Part shown: positions 62,175 through 64,000 of the stretch, in pieces
Layout of the letters: the number at the start of each line of letters is the position of its first letter
How positions within the stretch are numbered: the stretch's first letter is position 1
From: Snowella sp.
GTDB taxonomy: Bacteria; Cyanobacteriota; Cyanobacteriia; Cyanobacteriales; Microcystaceae
Assembly (NCBI GenBank): GCA_035285545.1
Contig: JAYKGY010000019.1
Span: 96,001-160,000 of the forward strand
DNA length: 64,000 nt
Reading direction: 5' to 3'
The notes under the pieces: generated by a model
What the model saw: the letters and a program-made list of their open reading frames with translations, nothing else
Database searches by the model: none
Told to the model about the DNA's origin: nothing
Program-made: the position numbers and the translations under genes

Positions 62175-62444
62175 TTAACGACGAATTCCCAAGCGTTGAA
62201 TTAAAGCCTGATAGCGGGCGGGTTCTTGTTTGTTGATGTAGCCTAATAAGCTTCTGCGTTTACCGATCATTTTCAGTAATCCACGACGAGAAGCATGATC
62301 TTTTGGATTCGCTTGTAGGTGACTGGTGAGTTGGGAGATCCGTTCGGTTAATAAAGCAACCTGAAGGTCAGGAGATCCCGTATCGGTTTCGTGAACTTGG
62401 TACTCAGTGATTAATTCTTGTTTTCGGGTTTGGGTTAACGCCAT
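62175..62444 (-). CDS. rpsO: 30S ribosomal protein S15
   Basis: DTGS..QVALLT, KDHASRRGLL motifs. Confidence 0.97.
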   Translation of the reverse strand: MALTQTRKQELITEYQVHETDTGSPDLQVALLTERISQLTSHLQANPKDHASRRGLLKMIGKRRSLLGYINKQEPARYQALIQRLGIRR

Positions 62445-62561
62445 AATGCTGTATGAAATTAATTTCGATTCAAAGCTGCAATCTCTTACTATACCATTTA
62501 TTTTTTGAGATTCAATCTCTCAAATGACAAAAAAGCAGGGTTCACTTTGGTTGAGTGGTGT

Positions 62562-63773
62562 TTAATCGCTGGCCATCTGACTGCCCCAACGGTCTTGGGC
62601 TAAAAATTCCCGATCGCGGGGAATGGGGGTAATGGATTCGGTTAATAAAAATTCGCCTGCTTGAATCCAGGATTTTAATTCTTCAGCGACCTGACGCGAT
62701 CGCGCCATACTGGCCAAGGGTGCAACTCGGACAGATTTTCCTTCAATGGTGATTTTGCCACTTTTGAGTTGGGCATAACTGACTAAACCGAAGGTGGGAC
62801 GGACTCGGCGAGGGATAGAAAAATCCACCACCGGAGCCACAATTTCCTCATCCCGCACGGCACAATATTCAATGACTTTTTCATTCAACACAGGTAAGGG
62901 CACGCCAACCCCCAACATTAACGACGCGCCATAATTTTTGAAATAACATCCCCTTACCCACTTCGCTTGCATTTGTTTGGCATCCCCAATTAACGCTAAG
63001 GTTGCAGCCGGGCCAATAGGGGTTTGATTGGGTAAACGTTTTTGTAGGGGAAAATGTTGGGTTCCTTCCCAGGCAATATAACCCACCCCACCGCCTAAAA
63101 AGATACGGCTACCAATGCCGATAATTTCCAGTTGGGGATCATTAAATAGGGGAGAAATTGCTCCAGGGTTAGAAAAAACCGCATTGCCTAAACGGGGTTG
63201 CAACGGGCCGAGATAGGTATAAAGTTGGCGATCGCCGCCATTCACGCCCACAATAAAGTTCTGATAAAGATTACGAGGGTTATAAAGATAAAACTGGTTG
63301 ATGGTTTTGCTATTAATCGTCGTTTCCAAACTCGCACGAGGATAGCAATCAGTGACCTGTCCAACGGCCCGTAAACTAACGGATTTCCCCGCAATTAAAT
63401 CTTCAATCACATGACCGCCGCCCCGCTCCGAAGGATTGCCCGACCGATAATCCCCATCCAACAGATCGCCACTACTGGAATAATCCATCATTGCCGTTGC
63501 ACCCAAGGATAAATCCACCGCCCCAAACGCAGCATAGGCAGGAATGCCATCAATCCAACATTGACGAATTTTAATGGGGGGATCGGTATGGCCTAAGTTA
63601 ATAAACGCCCCCGAAGATTCCATCGGCTCAAAGGTTCCGGTACAGACCACATCCACCTGTTTAAAGACTTTCTCAACACCAATTTCTTGCACCTTGGCTT
63701 TGACTTCTTCCACTGTCCAGGCGATCGCTTTTTTGCGGCGGATTTTATCGTTAATTTCAGCAATTGTACGCAT
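62562..63773 (-). CDS. DUF39 / homocysteine biosynthesis family protein
   Basis: VDVVCTGTFEPMESSGA, GGGHVIEDL, YNPRNLYQN motifs. Confidence 0.85.
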   Translation of the reverse strand: MRTIAEINDKIRRKKAIAWTVEEVKAKVQEIGVEKVFKQVDVVCTGTFEPMESSGAFINLGHTDPPIKIRQCWIDGIPAYAAFGAVDLSLGATAMMDYSSSGDLLDGDYRSGNPSERGGGHVIEDLIAGKSVSLRAVGQVTDCYPRASLETTINSKTINQFYLYNPRNLYQNFIVGVNGGDRQLYTYLGPLQPRLGNAVFSNPGAISPLFNDPQLEIIGIGSRIFLGGGVGYIAWEGTQHFPLQKRLPNQTPIGPAATLALIGDAKQMQAKWVRGCYFKNYGASLMLGVGVPLPVLNEKVIEYCAVRDEEIVAPVVDFSIPRRVRPTFGLVSYAQLKSGKITIEGKSVRVAPLASMARSRQVAEELKSWIQAGEFLLTESITPIPRDREFLAQDRWGSQMASD

Positions 63774-63879
63774 GTCAATTTATAGCTGAAACGATAGAGG
63801 CCATCAGCTAACCTTCCAAATTCTAATACAGCGCATAACCTTACCGAGCGATTTCCATTTTGGGGCATTCGGCGATCGC

Positions 63880-63996
63880 ATTTCCAGTGTACGAGTCAGC
63901 AAGAGTGGACAACACCTCGAAATTGATGTTCTAGCCTATGCCAATGGCCCCATTAATACGGTCTATGTTGTAGACGTTAAAAGCCATCCTAATTAG
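63880..63996 (+). pseudogene. fragment of a DUF3782-associated PD-(D/E)xK nuclease-like gene
   Basis: Start-less frame ISSVRVSKSGQHLEIDVLAYANGPINTVYVVDVKSHPN*. Confidence 0.6.
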
Positions 63997-64000
63997 GGAG

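Larger units (their letters stand above)
1..64000. repeat. HIP1 octamer GCGATCGC dispersed throughout
   Basis: Dozens of copies, e.g. near 274, 1321, 1610, 2206, 3022, 37468, 63872. Confidence 0.95.

Noticed and set aside
133..63868. Numerous 60-120 aa alternative-frame ORFs inside well-supported genes
   Set aside because: They overlap conserved CDSs and have no motifs of their own
1..64000. CRISPR array, cas genes, prophage, integrase, reverse transcriptase
   Set aside because: No regularly spaced repeats or corresponding protein motifs were seen

Overview
Chromosomal segment of a unicellular cyanobacterium, inferred to be related to Synechocystis from the frequent HIP1 octamer GCGATCGC and from ndhA-I-G-E, ftrC, Tic22, PAM68-rpsO and cruA. 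Most genes are housekeeping: rfbB, tsaC, prmC, mnmG, uvrC, aroA, murT, nadD-nrtR-nadE, folK, panC-cmk, tRNA-Thr(UGU), der, menC, rpsU, aroF. There is also a small glycosyltransferase cluster and a group of putative stress genes (DUF389, dps, hli, DUF4383). The best candidate for something new is an AT-rich gene at 35853-36854. It encodes a protein with about 4 transmembrane segments fused to a C-terminal MazF/PemK-like domain that appears to lack the catalytic Arg and Thr, and no adjacent antitoxin is visible. It sits in an accessory islet with a Uma2 gene and a DUF6888/DUF6887-like pair. Other observations: an AtpTheta-like 47-aa ORF and a 37-aa membrane ORF, both below the ORF-track cutoff; a soluble protein carrying a Psb34-like motif; clear NrtR and CRP operator sites; and a three-family IS scar that includes a mini-IS1634. 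All family assignments come from motif recognition by eye. No database searches were run.
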